Assembly: GCA_018303855.1 (NCBI GenBank)
Contig: JAGVXI010000012.1
Span: 2,403-66,402 of the forward strand
Direction of reading: 5' to 3'
DNA length: 64,000 bases
Source of the DNA: Candidatus Pacearchaeota archaeon
GTDB lineage: Archaea > Nanobdellota > Nanobdellia > Pacearchaeales > GW2011-AR1
Part shown: positions 1 through 9,994 of the stretch, one piece after another
Position numbering within the stretch: position 1 is the first letter of the stretch
How the letters are laid out: each line of letters opens with the position of its first letter
Notes under the pieces: generated by a model
What the model was told of the DNA's origin: nothing
The model's input: the letters and a program-made list of their open reading frames with translations, nothing else
Databases searched by the model: none
Translations under genes and position numbers: made by a program

Positions 1-1005
1 AGTATGAATTTATGGACCTTAACTTCAGTCTCCATTGTTTTGGTCTCGGAACAGTGCCTTACGCACTGCCCCGGTTTCCTGTCTTATTCAGTTTACAGTT
101 TCTGAGTTAGAAAAAATTTCGTAAGCATTTGCTCCTGCAAATTTTATCTGTACTATACTCCATAAACAAGAAAGACAAGACTATACGAAGGCATATTTCA
201 ACAGGAACCAGCCATCGCCAGATTAGATAGGCTTTTCACCCCTATTCGCAGATCATTCAAGTGCATGTACACAACACTGGTTCAGGCCTCCATCCCCCTT
301 TCGGGAGACTTCACCTTGCCCACGAATAGATCATCTGGCTTCAGGTCATACCCATGTGACTCGCGCCTTTTCAGACTCGCTTTCGCTTCGATTACCTTTT
401 TAAAAAAGTTAGTCTTGCCACATAAGTAAACTCCCTGGCCCGTTCTTCGAAACGTACGTTACAACTCCCGCATCATTGCTGAGCAGAGCAGTAACAATCT
501 GTAACTGTTAGATTTCAAGTCTTTTAACCCTCTGTTAAGAGTACTTTTCAGCTTTCCCTCGCGGTACTAGTGCGCTATCGGACTTTGGTTATATTTAGGG
601 TTAGCAGTTAATCCTGCTATATTCAGACCTCTAATTCGAGAGGCCCTACTCTTTTGAAACCTGCCATAGATTTTTCATCTACAGGACTATCACCTTCTAA
701 AGTATGGCGTTCCAGCCAACTTCGATTCAATTCCTTAGGCTAAGTTTTCACCACATCTCTGCCTCACTTTCGCAAGGAGATTCAGTTTGCCCTATGCCCT
801 TTTCGCTCGCTGCTACTAAGAGCATCATTATTTATTTTCTTTTCCTGCCGGTACTAAGATGTTTCAATTCCCGGCGTATTTGCCCTTCTCAGGACAATCG
901 GAGATCTTGGGATCAAAGTTTGCATGCAACTCCCCCAAGCTTATCGCAGCTTGCCACGTCCTTCATCTTTACCAAAACCAAGCTATCCGTCTAACAGTAT
1001 TTGTA
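1..1005 (-). rRNA. rrl: 23S rRNA, 5' portion (runs off window start)
   Basis: Reverse-complement matches to conserved LSU segments (e.g. cttttcagctttccctcgcggtactagtgcgctatcgg; ttcctgccggtactaagatgtttcaattccc). 5' end approximate. Confidence 0.95.
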
Positions 1006-1452
1006 GTAGTATTCATTTCCTAGAACTTTATTAAGTTCTAACTAGTGGAATATTCTCCTGCTACTTTATCATCGAACATAAGTTCTCATAACGATCCCAT
1101 ATCCCCTGATATGGAACCGGTTTTTGTTTTTTAGTGACGTTTTCTCGTCGCCTCAACAGTGTTTTACACTTTAAGGGACAAAAATCTTTTTAGATTTTTG
1201 GATTTCAAATTGAACACAGCTGCAGGAAAAAAATCCGCAGGTGGTTTTTAATTTGAATATGATTTGTAATTTTTAGTTTTATCTGCTAATTTGTTTGGTT
1301 GTTGGACTTAATAATTTTCTAACCTTAACTATTAACTCATTCTTTGTTTATTTAATATTAACCTTTTAAATTTAATCATCTTATCTTTAATTTATTTAAT
1401 ACTGGCTTCTTAAATCTTATCATCTAAGCAATATCCATTTTTCTTAGAAAAA

Positions 1453-1523
1453 TGGACCTGCCGTGAATTGAACACGGGTCTCCTCGGTGCAAGCGAGGTA
1501 TTCTACCGTTAGACTACAGGCCC
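1453..1523 (-). tRNA. tRNA-Ala(UGC), CCA not encoded
   Basis: Cloverleaf GGGCCUG...CAGGUCCA with G3:U70 pair, anticodon loop CUUGCAC and T-loop GUUCAAU; lies in the 16S-23S spacer. Confidence 0.96.
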
Positions 1524-1549
1524 TTGTAATTATTTCGGCCTGTGAGTTT

Positions 1550-1762
1550 TTAATGTTTTCTATTTTGAAGGCTTTTATAGTAAAATTCTTGCTCCATTGC
1601 ACTTACTTTGTCTGAATTAACTATACCGCTAACGATAGGAGGTGCAATAAGCACAAAATATGCTGCAATTTCTAAATATTTATTCAATTCAATTTCTGAT
1701 GCCAACACGATTCCTTTTATAAAACCTACGCCAAATAAAATTGATGCAAGTGTTTTTGCCAT
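1550..1762 (-). CDS. Small hypothetical membrane protein inside the rRNA spacer
   Basis: 70 aa ORF with two hydrophobic segments, preceded by AAAAGGATAATAAAA-ATG. Confidence 0.55.
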   Translation of the reverse strand: MAKTLASILFGVGFIKGIVLASEIELNKYLEIAAYFVLIAPPIVSGIVNSDKVSAMEQEFYYKSLQNRKH

Positions 1763-1887
1763 TTTTATTATCCTTTATAATGTAAATTCACGCATGTTAA
1801 TATTTTCATCTTAAACAAAAGATGATGGTATGTAGAGCAATTAAATAATTATTTGTCTCTTTATTCTAGTTATCCAATTTAAAATTT

Positions 1888-3290
1888 AGGAGGTGATCCA
1901 TCTGCAGGTTCCCCTACAGATACCTTGTGACGACTTAACCTACCTTGTCATGCTAAAATTCTCCTTCGAAAAGTTTCATTATAACAGTGTGTGCAAGAGA
2001 CAGGGACAGATTCACCGTTCGCTGCTAACGAACGATTACTACGGATTCCAGCGTCATGAGGCTGGGTTGCAAACCTCAATCTGAACTGAGATGGATTTTA
2101 GGGGATTAGCTTCTCTTTTCAGAGTTGCATCCAATTGTATCCACCATTGACGCGCGCGTGTCGCCCAGGGGATTCAGGCTGTACTCACCTAACGTAGCCC
2201 GCACTTTCATCCATGTTACCATGGCAATCTGCATATTGTACACGTAGTAAATATGCACGCGGGTCTTGCCTGTTACCTGATTTAACAGGTCACCTCACGG
2301 CACAGGCTGACGTTGGCCATGCAACTCCTCTCAGCGTGTCAGGTAAGCCCTTCAGACTGACCTTCATTCTGCTGTCGCTCCTGGTGAGGTTCACGGTGTC
2401 GAATCTAATTGAACCGCACGCGTCACCCGTTGTAGTGTCTCCCCGCCAATTCCTTTAAGTTTCGGCCTTGCGGCTATACTTCCCAGGTAGCACACTTTTC
2501 GCCTTCGCTACAGCACCGAAGCCTCTCGAGGAGGTCCCGATGTTTAGTGTGCAGTGTTTACTGCTAGGACTACATGGGTATCTAATCCATTTTGCGCCCC
2601 TAGCCTTCATCCCTTACTGTCAGAACTGTACTCGTAGGATGCCTTCGCTGTTGTGAGTCCAACCAAGATCAACACATTTTACCGCTACTTTGATTGTACT
2701 TCCTACGTCTTCCAATCTCTAGCTTAGCAGTACTTCTTGCACGCCTTATACTTGAGATATAAGATTTCACAAGAAACTTATTAAGCAAGCTACGGATGTT
2801 TTAGACCCAATAATGATGGCTGCGACTTGGACCGCTAGTATTACCGCGGCGGCTGGCACTAGTCTTACCCAGTCCTTATTCGCCAAACTTTTTAGATTTA
2901 GCAAAAGCGTCTCATTGAGACGCACTTTGGTTCGCTCTGTCACGCTTTCGCGCATTGCAGAAAATACCTAACTGCTGCACCCCGTAGGGCTGGGAGTAGT
3001 GTCTCAGACTCCCTCTCAGGGCCTCTCCGCTAAGAGCCCTTACTGATCATCGGCTTGGTGGGCCTAATCAGCCGCAGTCCCATCCTATGGCACGAATTTG
3101 AAAGACAAATCTTTCCAGGGTATGTCTTCTATCAGGTATTAGCCTCAGTTTCCCGAGGGTATCCCTGACCTTAGGGTAGGTTAACTACGTGTTACTGAGC
3201 AGTTCGCTTTGCTCTTATTTCTAAAAACAAAAACTTGCATGTCTAAATGCAAACCAAAGAGCCGCAGCCGCCAGCAGGATCAACTGGATT
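1888..3290 (-). rRNA. rrs: 16S rRNA (archaeal)
   Basis: 5' AUCCAGUUGAUCCUG, 515F site GUGCCAGCCGCCGCGGUAA, 3' GGAUCACCUCCU with anti-SD. Two apparent short deletions (see findings). Confidence 0.97.
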
Positions 3291-3563
3291 TGAAACAACT
3301 TCACAGATTTAATTAAATTAGCATTTAAAATAATCTCAATTGCGCATTTGTTATATAAGATAAACAAATACTTCACACATTCTCCTACTATTGACTGATT
3401 GGCCTAAAATAAATTTATCGACGATAAATTTGAGAATTACAACTAAATGACTGCTTCTACATACCTCATACCTTAATGCAAACAGCGTTAATATTATAAC
3501 CACTGTGTTTATACACGCACAATATTAAGGCAATCATCTTAGTTACGATTTAAGATGATTATA

Positions 3564-3584
3564 GGTATTTATAAAGGTTTCGCT
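3564..3584 (-). promoter_or_regulatory. Probable rRNA operon promoter (BRE + TATA)
   Basis: Minus strand reads GCGAAACC-TTTATAAA-TACC, about 280 nt upstream of the 16S 5' end. Confidence 0.7.
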
Positions 3585-3619
3585 GATTTTTTATATCTTT
3601 TTAGCGTCGAGAATTATTT

Positions 3620-3811
3620 TTATTTTTTTTCAAACAAGCTCCAGATAACATAAATAATTAAGGCAGAGATTAATGCACTTGTTATATACCTAATATTATA
3701 CCACTCACACGCTATTTTATCGCAATTAGCAGTTGTCGATATTAATAAATTAATAGATATTAAAACTAAAACAGAAACAACCACTTTCCACAAAGTTGGT
3801 TTAAAATTCAT
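3620..3811 (-). CDS. Small two-TM membrane protein
   Basis: 63 aa; two hydrophobic helices flanking a short Cys-containing loop; TATA-like box upstream. Confidence 0.7.
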   Translation of the reverse strand: MNFKPTLWKVVVSVLVLISINLLISTTANCDKIACEWYNIRYITSALISALIIYVIWSLFEKK

Positions 3812-3859
3812 AAACTAATTAAGCAATTAATATTTATAAACTTGTCCGAGAGTTAAAAT

Positions 3860-4552
3860 TTATTGGACATGCTTTTCAATATCAATATCTTCTCCAGACT
3901 TTTTATTTAATCTTTCCTCAGCTACTTTAACTATAATATCTGCAACTTTGCTTGGGTGTATGCCTTCAAAGTTTGACATTCTTGTAGCTGTCATTCCAGG
4001 ATTTATAGAATATAATTTTATGTTTGTATCTTCATATTCTTTTGCTAAACCTTTAGTAAATCCTCTTACGCCAAATTTGCTTGCAGCATAAGGAGCCATT
4101 TCAGGCCATTTAATTCTTTTTCCAGCCATACTTGCAATATTTATTACTATACCCAAATTTTGTCCTTGCATATAGGGAAGCACAGTTTTTGTTATATTCA
4201 TCAAACCAATCAAATTAACTTCTATCTGATTTCTTATTTCTTTATTGTTTTGTTCTATAAATCTTTTTTCTATATAAATTCCTGAATTGTTTACAAGAAT
4301 ATGAATCGCTCCGAACTTCTCTATTACTTCTTCAACGCATTTTTTTATAGAGCTTTCATTTGTTACATCAAGTTGAATTAATATGCAATCACTATACTTT
4401 TTGCATTCTTTTAATGTTTCTTGCCCTTGTTTTTTACTTTTATTATATGTAACAATTACTTTAGCTTTTTGTTTTGCAAGAGCAATTGCAGTCGCTTTCC
4501 CAATTCCCTCACTGCTTCCTGTAACTAAAATAACTTTGTCTTTTAAATACAT
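3860..4552 (-). CDS. SDR family NAD(P)-dependent oxidoreductase
   Basis: TGSSEGIG Rossmann motif, NNSG, YAASK catalytic motif. Confidence 0.93.
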   Translation of the reverse strand: MYLKDKVILVTGSSEGIGKATAIALAKQKAKVIVTYNKSKKQGQETLKECKKYSDCILIQLDVTNESSIKKCVEEVIEKFGAIHILVNNSGIYIEKRFIEQNNKEIRNQIEVNLIGLMNITKTVLPYMQGQNLGIVINIASMAGKRIKWPEMAPYAASKFGVRGFTKGLAKEYEDTNIKLYSINPGMTATRMSNFEGIHPSKVADIIVKVAEERLNKKSGEDIDIEKHVQ

Positions 4553-4672
4553 AATAAAATAAGTAAAAAAAGATTTAACTACTTTTTGGATTTTTATAAA
4601 ATGTGATTAGAGAACCATATAATTCTGCATAAAATCAAAAACTTTAAAAATAACATTTTATTTTTTTATTGC

Positions 4673-4888
4673 ATGGATGCAAATAATATCCAGCAGAGAA
4701 TGCAGGAAATACAAAAAAACGATGATGTTTTAGATGCTTTTTCAAAAATAGTTTTAGGAGGAAAAGCTGGTTATAAAACAGTAATAGAAAAAAAGCCAAT
4801 AATAATTAAATGTCACAGCTGTCAGACGGTTGTTGATATCAGCCAAAAATTCTGTCATGAGTGCGGTGCAAAAGTTGAAAAGAATTAG
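4673..4888 (+). CDS. Double zinc-ribbon small protein
   Basis: CHSC...KFCHECG motif. Confidence 0.85.
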   Translation: MDANNIQQRMQEIQKNDDVLDAFSKIVLGGKAGYKTVIEKKPIIIKCHSCQTVVDISQKFCHECGAKVEKN

Positions 4889-5070
4889 TTTTACGCATGA
4901 TAATCAATCTGTTTTGATTTAAACTTAAAATTTAGCACATAAATCTTAATCTAAAATAAACTATGAGTCGTGTGTTAATCATGGTTAATTAATTTAATAG
5001 AAGCTGTCAATGCAGTTTTTAATCATAACCTGTTATTAAATTGGTTATAAACCCGAGGTTTAATATTAAC

Positions 5071-5188
5071 ATGTCAAGAATTGTTTTTTATGTGAGCTCC
5101 CTACTTTAGTTCGCGAGAGAATAAAAACAATTCTTGAGCATGCTCAAGAACCAGACACGCCATACAATTTATTGTATGGTTCTTGACA
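5071..5188. repeat. Palindromic REP/MITE-like element, copy 1
   Basis: 15-bp perfect inverted repeat TCAAGAATTGTTTTT/AAAAACAATTCTTGA, then a second TCAAGAACCA...TGGTTCTTGA hairpin; near-identical to 49814-50023. Confidence 0.85.
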
Positions 5189-5242
5189 ATTAATAAAATT
5201 TGATGAATATAACTTGCTGGTTTTATTTAACTAAATAAAAAA

Positions 5243-5614
5243 TCATCTTAATTTTTTATATTCTATAAACGCTAAAATAACAAGAACTAAATCAATTACA
5301 GGAACTACAAGGTATGCTAAGCTTTTAATTTCTGACACTACAGATAATGCAATCCCTAAATCTATCAATCCTATTACTGCTGCAATAATTGTGCCCCACT
5401 TCTTTTTATAGATTACTCCTACAAACGCAATTCCGTAGGCAATTGAGAAAATAAGAGAAGTTGGCAGTCCGACAATTTCCTGTAAAATTATAAGTGCTCT
5501 CCGCAGTTGAAAAACAAATCTCACTGCTAAAATAAGAAGTAGGGTGATGGTAACAAATGTAAATTCTCTTTTTGGTAATATCTGTTTATCCTCTTTCTCC
5601 AGCTTCTTTTTCAT
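5243..5614 (-). CDS. Hypothetical four-TM membrane protein
   Basis: 123 aa with four hydrophobic segments. Confidence 0.75.
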   Translation of the reverse strand: MKKKLEKEDKQILPKREFTFVTITLLLILAVRFVFQLRRALIILQEIVGLPTSLIFSIAYGIAFVGVIYKKKWGTIIAAVIGLIDLGIALSVVSEIKSLAYLVVPVIDLVLVILAFIEYKKLR

Positions 5615-5794
5615 AAGTAGTAATGGGATTTTTTATTTAAAAAGCTATTTATGTTATTATGATTATTTTATACTCTATCTAAAAACTATTCGTTAGCACT
5701 TCTCCGCTTAATAATTAAAAAATTGAATTACCTAGATGTTCTAACCAAGATTTATGATCAATAAATTAATTTAATCAGCTTATTTTGTATATTC

Positions 5795-6160
5795 TTAAAT
5801 ATTTTTCACATTAATACTTTTCCTGTATTTATCTACTATTTTTATAGCTTCGTGTTTTTTTAATTTTCCAGTATGATGATAAAATCCGTATCCTTCAACT
5901 TCTTGTTCAATTATTGTTCCAAAAATGCCTTCTCTTTTTGTCTTAAAGCTGATAATTCTTCCATGCAATTTGCTGTCTAATGCTCCGTAATAATAAATTA
6001 ACTTTATTGAATTCTCACTATCTTCGCCAAATAAATCATCTATTGTTAAAAGTGTAAGGTTTTTGCCTAAAACTTTAACTTCCAACAGCTCTCCAGTAAT
6101 TCCATCTATAAAATATTCCATCTTTTTTATTTTTAAACCAGTTATACTCCAGTATGGCAT
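5795..6160 (-). CDS. Hypothetical protein
   Basis: 121 aa ORF with normal composition; start may be the second Met. Confidence 0.65.
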   Translation of the reverse strand: MPYWSITGLKIKKMEYFIDGITGELLEVKVLGKNLTLLTIDDLFGEDSENSIKLIYYYGALDSKLHGRIISFKTKREGIFGTIIEQEVEGYGFYHHTGKLKKHEAIKIVDKYRKSINVKNI

Positions 6161-6218
6161 ATTATTAAGTTTTATTGCGTTTCAAAAACTATTTAATCTA
6201 TGGATTGCTTTTTAAATC

Positions 6219-6683
6219 ATGTCTTCAAAACTTTTAGCCTACAAATCAAAACGCAATCTGAAAAAGTCAGGAGAGCCCATAGCGATTATAAAAAAAGAGA
6301 AGATTGGTAATAAAAGGATAATTTTTGTGATACATAATCATTATGCCAGCCACCATCATTATGATTTGCGTCTTGAAATGAGTGGTGTTTTAAAATCCTG
6401 GGCAGTGCCAAAAGAGCCACCGAGAGCAAAAGGCATAAAGAGATTAGCAATTCAAGTTGAAGACCATCCATTATCATATGCAAAATTTCAAGGAGAGATA
6501 AAAGAAGGGTATGGAAAAGGAATAGTAAAAATCTGGGACAAAGGGACTTATGAGTTGATTGATAAAACTAGCAAAAAACTGATTATCAAGTTAAATGGCA
6601 AGAAGTTAAAAGGCGAATATGTTTTAGTAAAAACAAAATATGGTAATAAGCCAGAAAAAAGCTGGCTGTGGTTTAAGGTTTAG
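6219..6683 (+). CDS. Stand-alone LigD-type 3'-phosphoesterase (PE domain)
   Basis: FVIHNHYASHHHYDLRLE, SWAVPK, RLAIQVEDHPLSY, YGKG.V.IWDKG motifs. Confidence 0.92.
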   Translation: MSSKLLAYKSKRNLKKSGEPIAIIKKEKIGNKRIIFVIHNHYASHHHYDLRLEMSGVLKSWAVPKEPPRAKGIKRLAIQVEDHPLSYAKFQGEIKEGYGKGIVKIWDKGTYELIDKTSKKLIIKLNGKKLKGEYVLVKTKYGNKPEKSWLWFKV

Positions 6684-6688
6684 CCTTT

Positions 6689-6904
6689 CTAACGCAATTT
6701 GTCAAGGGCTGATATCCTTTCATCAAGAGGTAAACTGTCTAAAAAAAGGATAATCTTTCTTACATTTTCAGGAACAATTTCAAGATACCTGTTTACTTCT
6801 TTTACATTACCTAATCCATCCCATTTGAATCTTAAATAAGCCTCGCACATTCCAGCGACTTCACGAGGAGTATAATTTCTCTTTTCTTTTACCATTTTTT
6901 TCAT
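6689..6904 (-). CDS. Hypothetical protein
   Basis: 71 aa ORF in a run of small minus-strand genes. Confidence 0.6.
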   Translation of the reverse strand: MKKMVKEKRNYTPREVAGMCEAYLRFKWDGLGNVKEVNRYLEIVPENVRKIILFLDSLPLDERISALDKLR

Positions 6905-6948
6905 TAAATAGCTTAGTTTATATTAATTATTGTTCTAGGATGTGTGTT

Positions 6949-7206
6949 TTAAGGTTTAATCAAGCTATATCTCAAAACCCTCACTGCTCTTCCCTCATTA
7001 ATAAACTTTGCCTCATCGTCTTTTTTTCTGTAACACAATTCCCCTGAGTACAAATTATCTAATGACACTTTTTTAGTGCCTGTTAAAAATAATTAAATTT
7101 CTTCACTTGCAAGTCCGCTAATTTTATCTCGATTAATAGGTTCTCTTGTTCTTATATCAATTATGAAACTATAATTAAACTCAAGAACGCCTTTTGATTT
7201 TGCCAT
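6949..7206 (-). pseudogene. Small ORF interrupted by one in-frame TAA (7093-7095)
   Basis: Hand translation: MAKSKGVLEF...LASEEI*LFLTGTKK...YSLIKP*; frame stays open on both sides of the stop; starts 10 nt after the upstream gene. Confidence 0.6.
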
Positions 7207-7216
7207 TTTATTTAAG

Positions 7217-7561
7217 TTAATCCACAAGAATAGAACACCCTTCTACGAAATCAGAAATATCTTCTAACCAATTTTTGCGAGATTTTTCTCTTAATTCTAC
7301 TCTTGCATTTCTAGACATATCTTCTCTCATTTTGTCTATTTGTTCATTACTCCCGCGTATTGAAACTCCATTGTTTACTAAATCAAAATGAATTTCTTCT
7401 CCGCTTTCTTCATGTCCTTTTGGATAAAATGACCTTCCCATTCTGTGCCATTCATCGTCTTTTCTTATTGTATATTTGTTAGTAAAAACTAATGCAAACA
7501 TGCTTTTCCATAAATCTTCTTCGGAAACTTTATAACGTGTAACAACATATTCTTTATCCAT
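7217..7561 (-). CDS. Hypothetical protein
   Basis: 114 aa ORF, TATA-like TTTAAAAA upstream. Confidence 0.7.
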   Translation of the reverse strand: MDKEYVVTRYKVSEEDLWKSMFALVFTNKYTIRKDDEWHRMGRSFYPKGHEESGEEIHFDLVNNGVSIRGSNEQIDKMREDMSRNARVELREKSRKNWLEDISDFVEGCSILVD

Positions 7562-7617
7562 ATTAAATTATGATAAAAAAGATTTTTAAATACTATTATA
7601 ATTTGTTATAACTATCA

Positions 7618-8547
7618 CTACACCCCAAACTCAGCGCCCTTGCCTTCTTCCTCTACTTTTTTAATTGATTTCTTCACAGCTTCTTTTTCTTCTAATTCTC
7701 CTGTCCACCATTCTAAATCTGGAATATTACATTCAATGCCGCGAGCCTTGCAATACCCCCTTGTTAATAAATAAAAAATTACTCCTAAGCTTTTTGGGCT
7801 TTTATTATTACCAATTATTATTTTATTTGCGCCTACACCAAAATTATTTGTATCACAAATCATTAAAACTTGCTTGTTGACTTTTAATATATCATGCAAA
7901 GCATTTTTATCAAGCCAAGAATCTGCTATTATAACCAGCTCTGTTTCAAAGAAATCAGGGAGCGTTACATTTGTTAGAATTCCGGCAGGATATTTTTTTG
8001 TAAACGCCCTTATGCCTGTTAATTGCGAAAACTTTTCAGCTACTTTCCAGCCAGCTTGCCTTTTGCATGCAACAATAACATTATCTGGGGTAAACTTGCT
8101 TAAGTATTCAATTCCTTCTTTAAGTTTTTCATCAATAGTGTCTGTATTAAGTATCGCCAATCCATCTGCTCTTCTTCTATAAACATACTGCCTCATGTTT
8201 GGAGTGACAACCCGCGTTCCAAGATAGATTCCAGATTTAACATATTCATCTAAAGGCAATAAAGTATCGCTCTTTTTCTTTACCTTAACTTTTTCTTTAA
8301 GCTCTTCTGTTTTTGTCTTCTGAATTTTATCAGCCAGCTTTTTTGCTTTTTCAAAAAGTTTTTTTCTTTTTTCATTTAAACTTTCATTTGCAACACTTGG
8401 AATTTCTGTTATTAATGATTCAGCTTCAGCTGCTTCAATTAATTCCTCTTTAGGAATTTCTTTTAGCTTGCCTTTACCGGCTTCTTCTGATAATTCTTTT
8501 TTTGTTTCCATGTCTTCTATTGTTTCTTCTTTCTTTTTTCGTAGCAT
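7618..8547 (-). CDS. rps2: 30S ribosomal protein S2 (uS2) with charged N-terminal extension
   Basis: SGIYLGT..VTPNMRQYVYRRRADGL, KYPAGILTN, IIIGNNKS; adjacent to enolase. Confidence 0.93.
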   Translation of the reverse strand: MLRKKKEETIEDMETKKELSEEAGKGKLKEIPKEELIEAAEAESLITEIPSVANESLNEKRKKLFEKAKKLADKIQKTKTEELKEKVKVKKKSDTLLPLDEYVKSGIYLGTRVVTPNMRQYVYRRRADGLAILNTDTIDEKLKEGIEYLSKFTPDNVIVACKRQAGWKVAEKFSQLTGIRAFTKKYPAGILTNVTLPDFFETELVIIADSWLDKNALHDILKVNKQVLMICDTNNFGVGANKIIIGNNKSPKSLGVIFYLLTRGYCKARGIECNIPDLEWWTGELEEKEAVKKSIKKVEEEGKGAEFGV

Positions 8548-8579
8548 GAATATTCAAAGAAAAAGTGTGTTTTTAAACC

Positions 8580-9749
8580 TTACTTTAAACTTCCCTCAAT
8601 TTCAATTAATCTCTTAATTTTCGATTCTCGTTCTTTGCCATCTATTCCACATTTAAAAAAATCAGCACCAAATCCAAAAGCTAAATCAGCTAATATATTC
8701 TCTTCTGTTTCACCGCTTCTATGGCTAAAAACAAGTTTAATATTGTGTTTTTTTGCGAGCTCACAGATTCGTGCTACTTCTAATAAAGAACCATTTTGAT
8801 TAGGTTTGATAATGATGCTGTTGATAGCCTTGAACTGAATAGCCTTTTTTAATCTCTCATGATTAGTAACCACCAAATCATCTCCGACAATTAACGATTT
8901 TGGAAATTTTTTAAGTAACTTGGAAAAAGATTCAAAGTTTTCTTCATTAAAAGAGTCTTCAATATAAAACAAATTAAAATTGCTTATTAGGTTGCTTATA
9001 TACTCAACCTGCTCTTCATTTGTTCTATCTAACTTTGGATTTAAATAATGGTATTTTTTTCTGCTATAAAAGCTTGATGAAGCAACATCTAATCCAATAT
9101 CGAGCCCAAACATTTCCTTTAATTTATACAAAATATCCATAACAAGTTTTTCATTTAAGCTTGTTTGCCACGCATTTTCATCATTTTTCTGGGATTTAAA
9201 TGTCTCGTCAAATTTTTTTAAAAGAAATTCAGCCTCTTGTTTTATCTTTTTATTCAATTCAAAAGCTTGTTTTATTGTTTTTGTATTAGGAATTAAAAGA
9301 AACTCCTGAAAGTCTGGTTTTTTATCAGATTTGCTATGCTTACCTCCCCCAATAACATTCCCAACTAATCTTGGAAGTTGCTTTGCTTTTAGATTAATTA
9401 ACTGCCAAACCTGTTTTTTCTGCTCTTTTGCCATTGCCTTTAAAACTGCGCTTTCTAAGGCAAAAAGAGTGTTTGCTCCAATATGCCCTTCGCAAATTGC
9501 TTCAACTTTTCTTAAATCATAAAAATTCACAATATCTTCATCGCTAAAATACTCAGAAATTTGTTTTATTTTTTTAATGTCATCATCAATGCTTTTTATG
9601 TATGGTTTTGCTTCAAACTTGCCAGTTGATTTTCCAGTTGGTGCGCTTGCGCTGAAATTGCCGGCATTTGTTTTAATGCTGACAAGAATTGTTTTTTCAT
9701 TCCGTGAATCTAAAATTGCTGTTGCTGAAACCTCTTTTATCTTGACCAT
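8580..9749 (-). CDS. eno: Enolase
   Basis: ILDSRNE, GKSTGKFEA, VGDDL, IKPNQ.G, SHRSGETE motifs; start placed at MVKIK. Confidence 0.93.
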   Translation of the reverse strand: MVKIKEVSATAILDSRNEKTILVSIKTNAGNFSASAPTGKSTGKFEAKPYIKSIDDDIKKIKQISEYFSDEDIVNFYDLRKVEAICEGHIGANTLFALESAVLKAMAKEQKKQVWQLINLKAKQLPRLVGNVIGGGKHSKSDKKPDFQEFLLIPNTKTIKQAFELNKKIKQEAEFLLKKFDETFKSQKNDENAWQTSLNEKLVMDILYKLKEMFGLDIGLDVASSSFYSRKKYHYLNPKLDRTNEEQVEYISNLISNFNLFYIEDSFNEENFESFSKLLKKFPKSLIVGDDLVVTNHERLKKAIQFKAINSIIIKPNQNGSLLEVARICELAKKHNIKLVFSHRSGETEENILADLAFGFGADFFKCGIDGKERESKIKRLIEIEGSLK

Positions 9750-9994
9750 AAATGATTCAAGCAATAAGGATTTTTATAGTTTGTTAATTTTGATTAAGGG
9801 AGATTAATGATGAAAATGTATAATAATGTTAACTGCTAATTAGATTGATTAACTCCTGCGTTTTATAGTTAATTTTTTATCTTTGAATTATTCCCGCCCA
9901 CCAAGCTAAGCTAATTGTTGGAACTTTTAAGTTTGAGGTAATATTTAGTAGTATAAATAATCATCAACAATAATTTTTCAACAGCCAGAATAAT

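Noticed and set aside
704-2955. ORF-track entries at 704-994, 1893-2084, 2213-2458, 2468-2656 and 2767-2955
   Set aside because: They overlap the 23S/16S rRNA genes; spurious.
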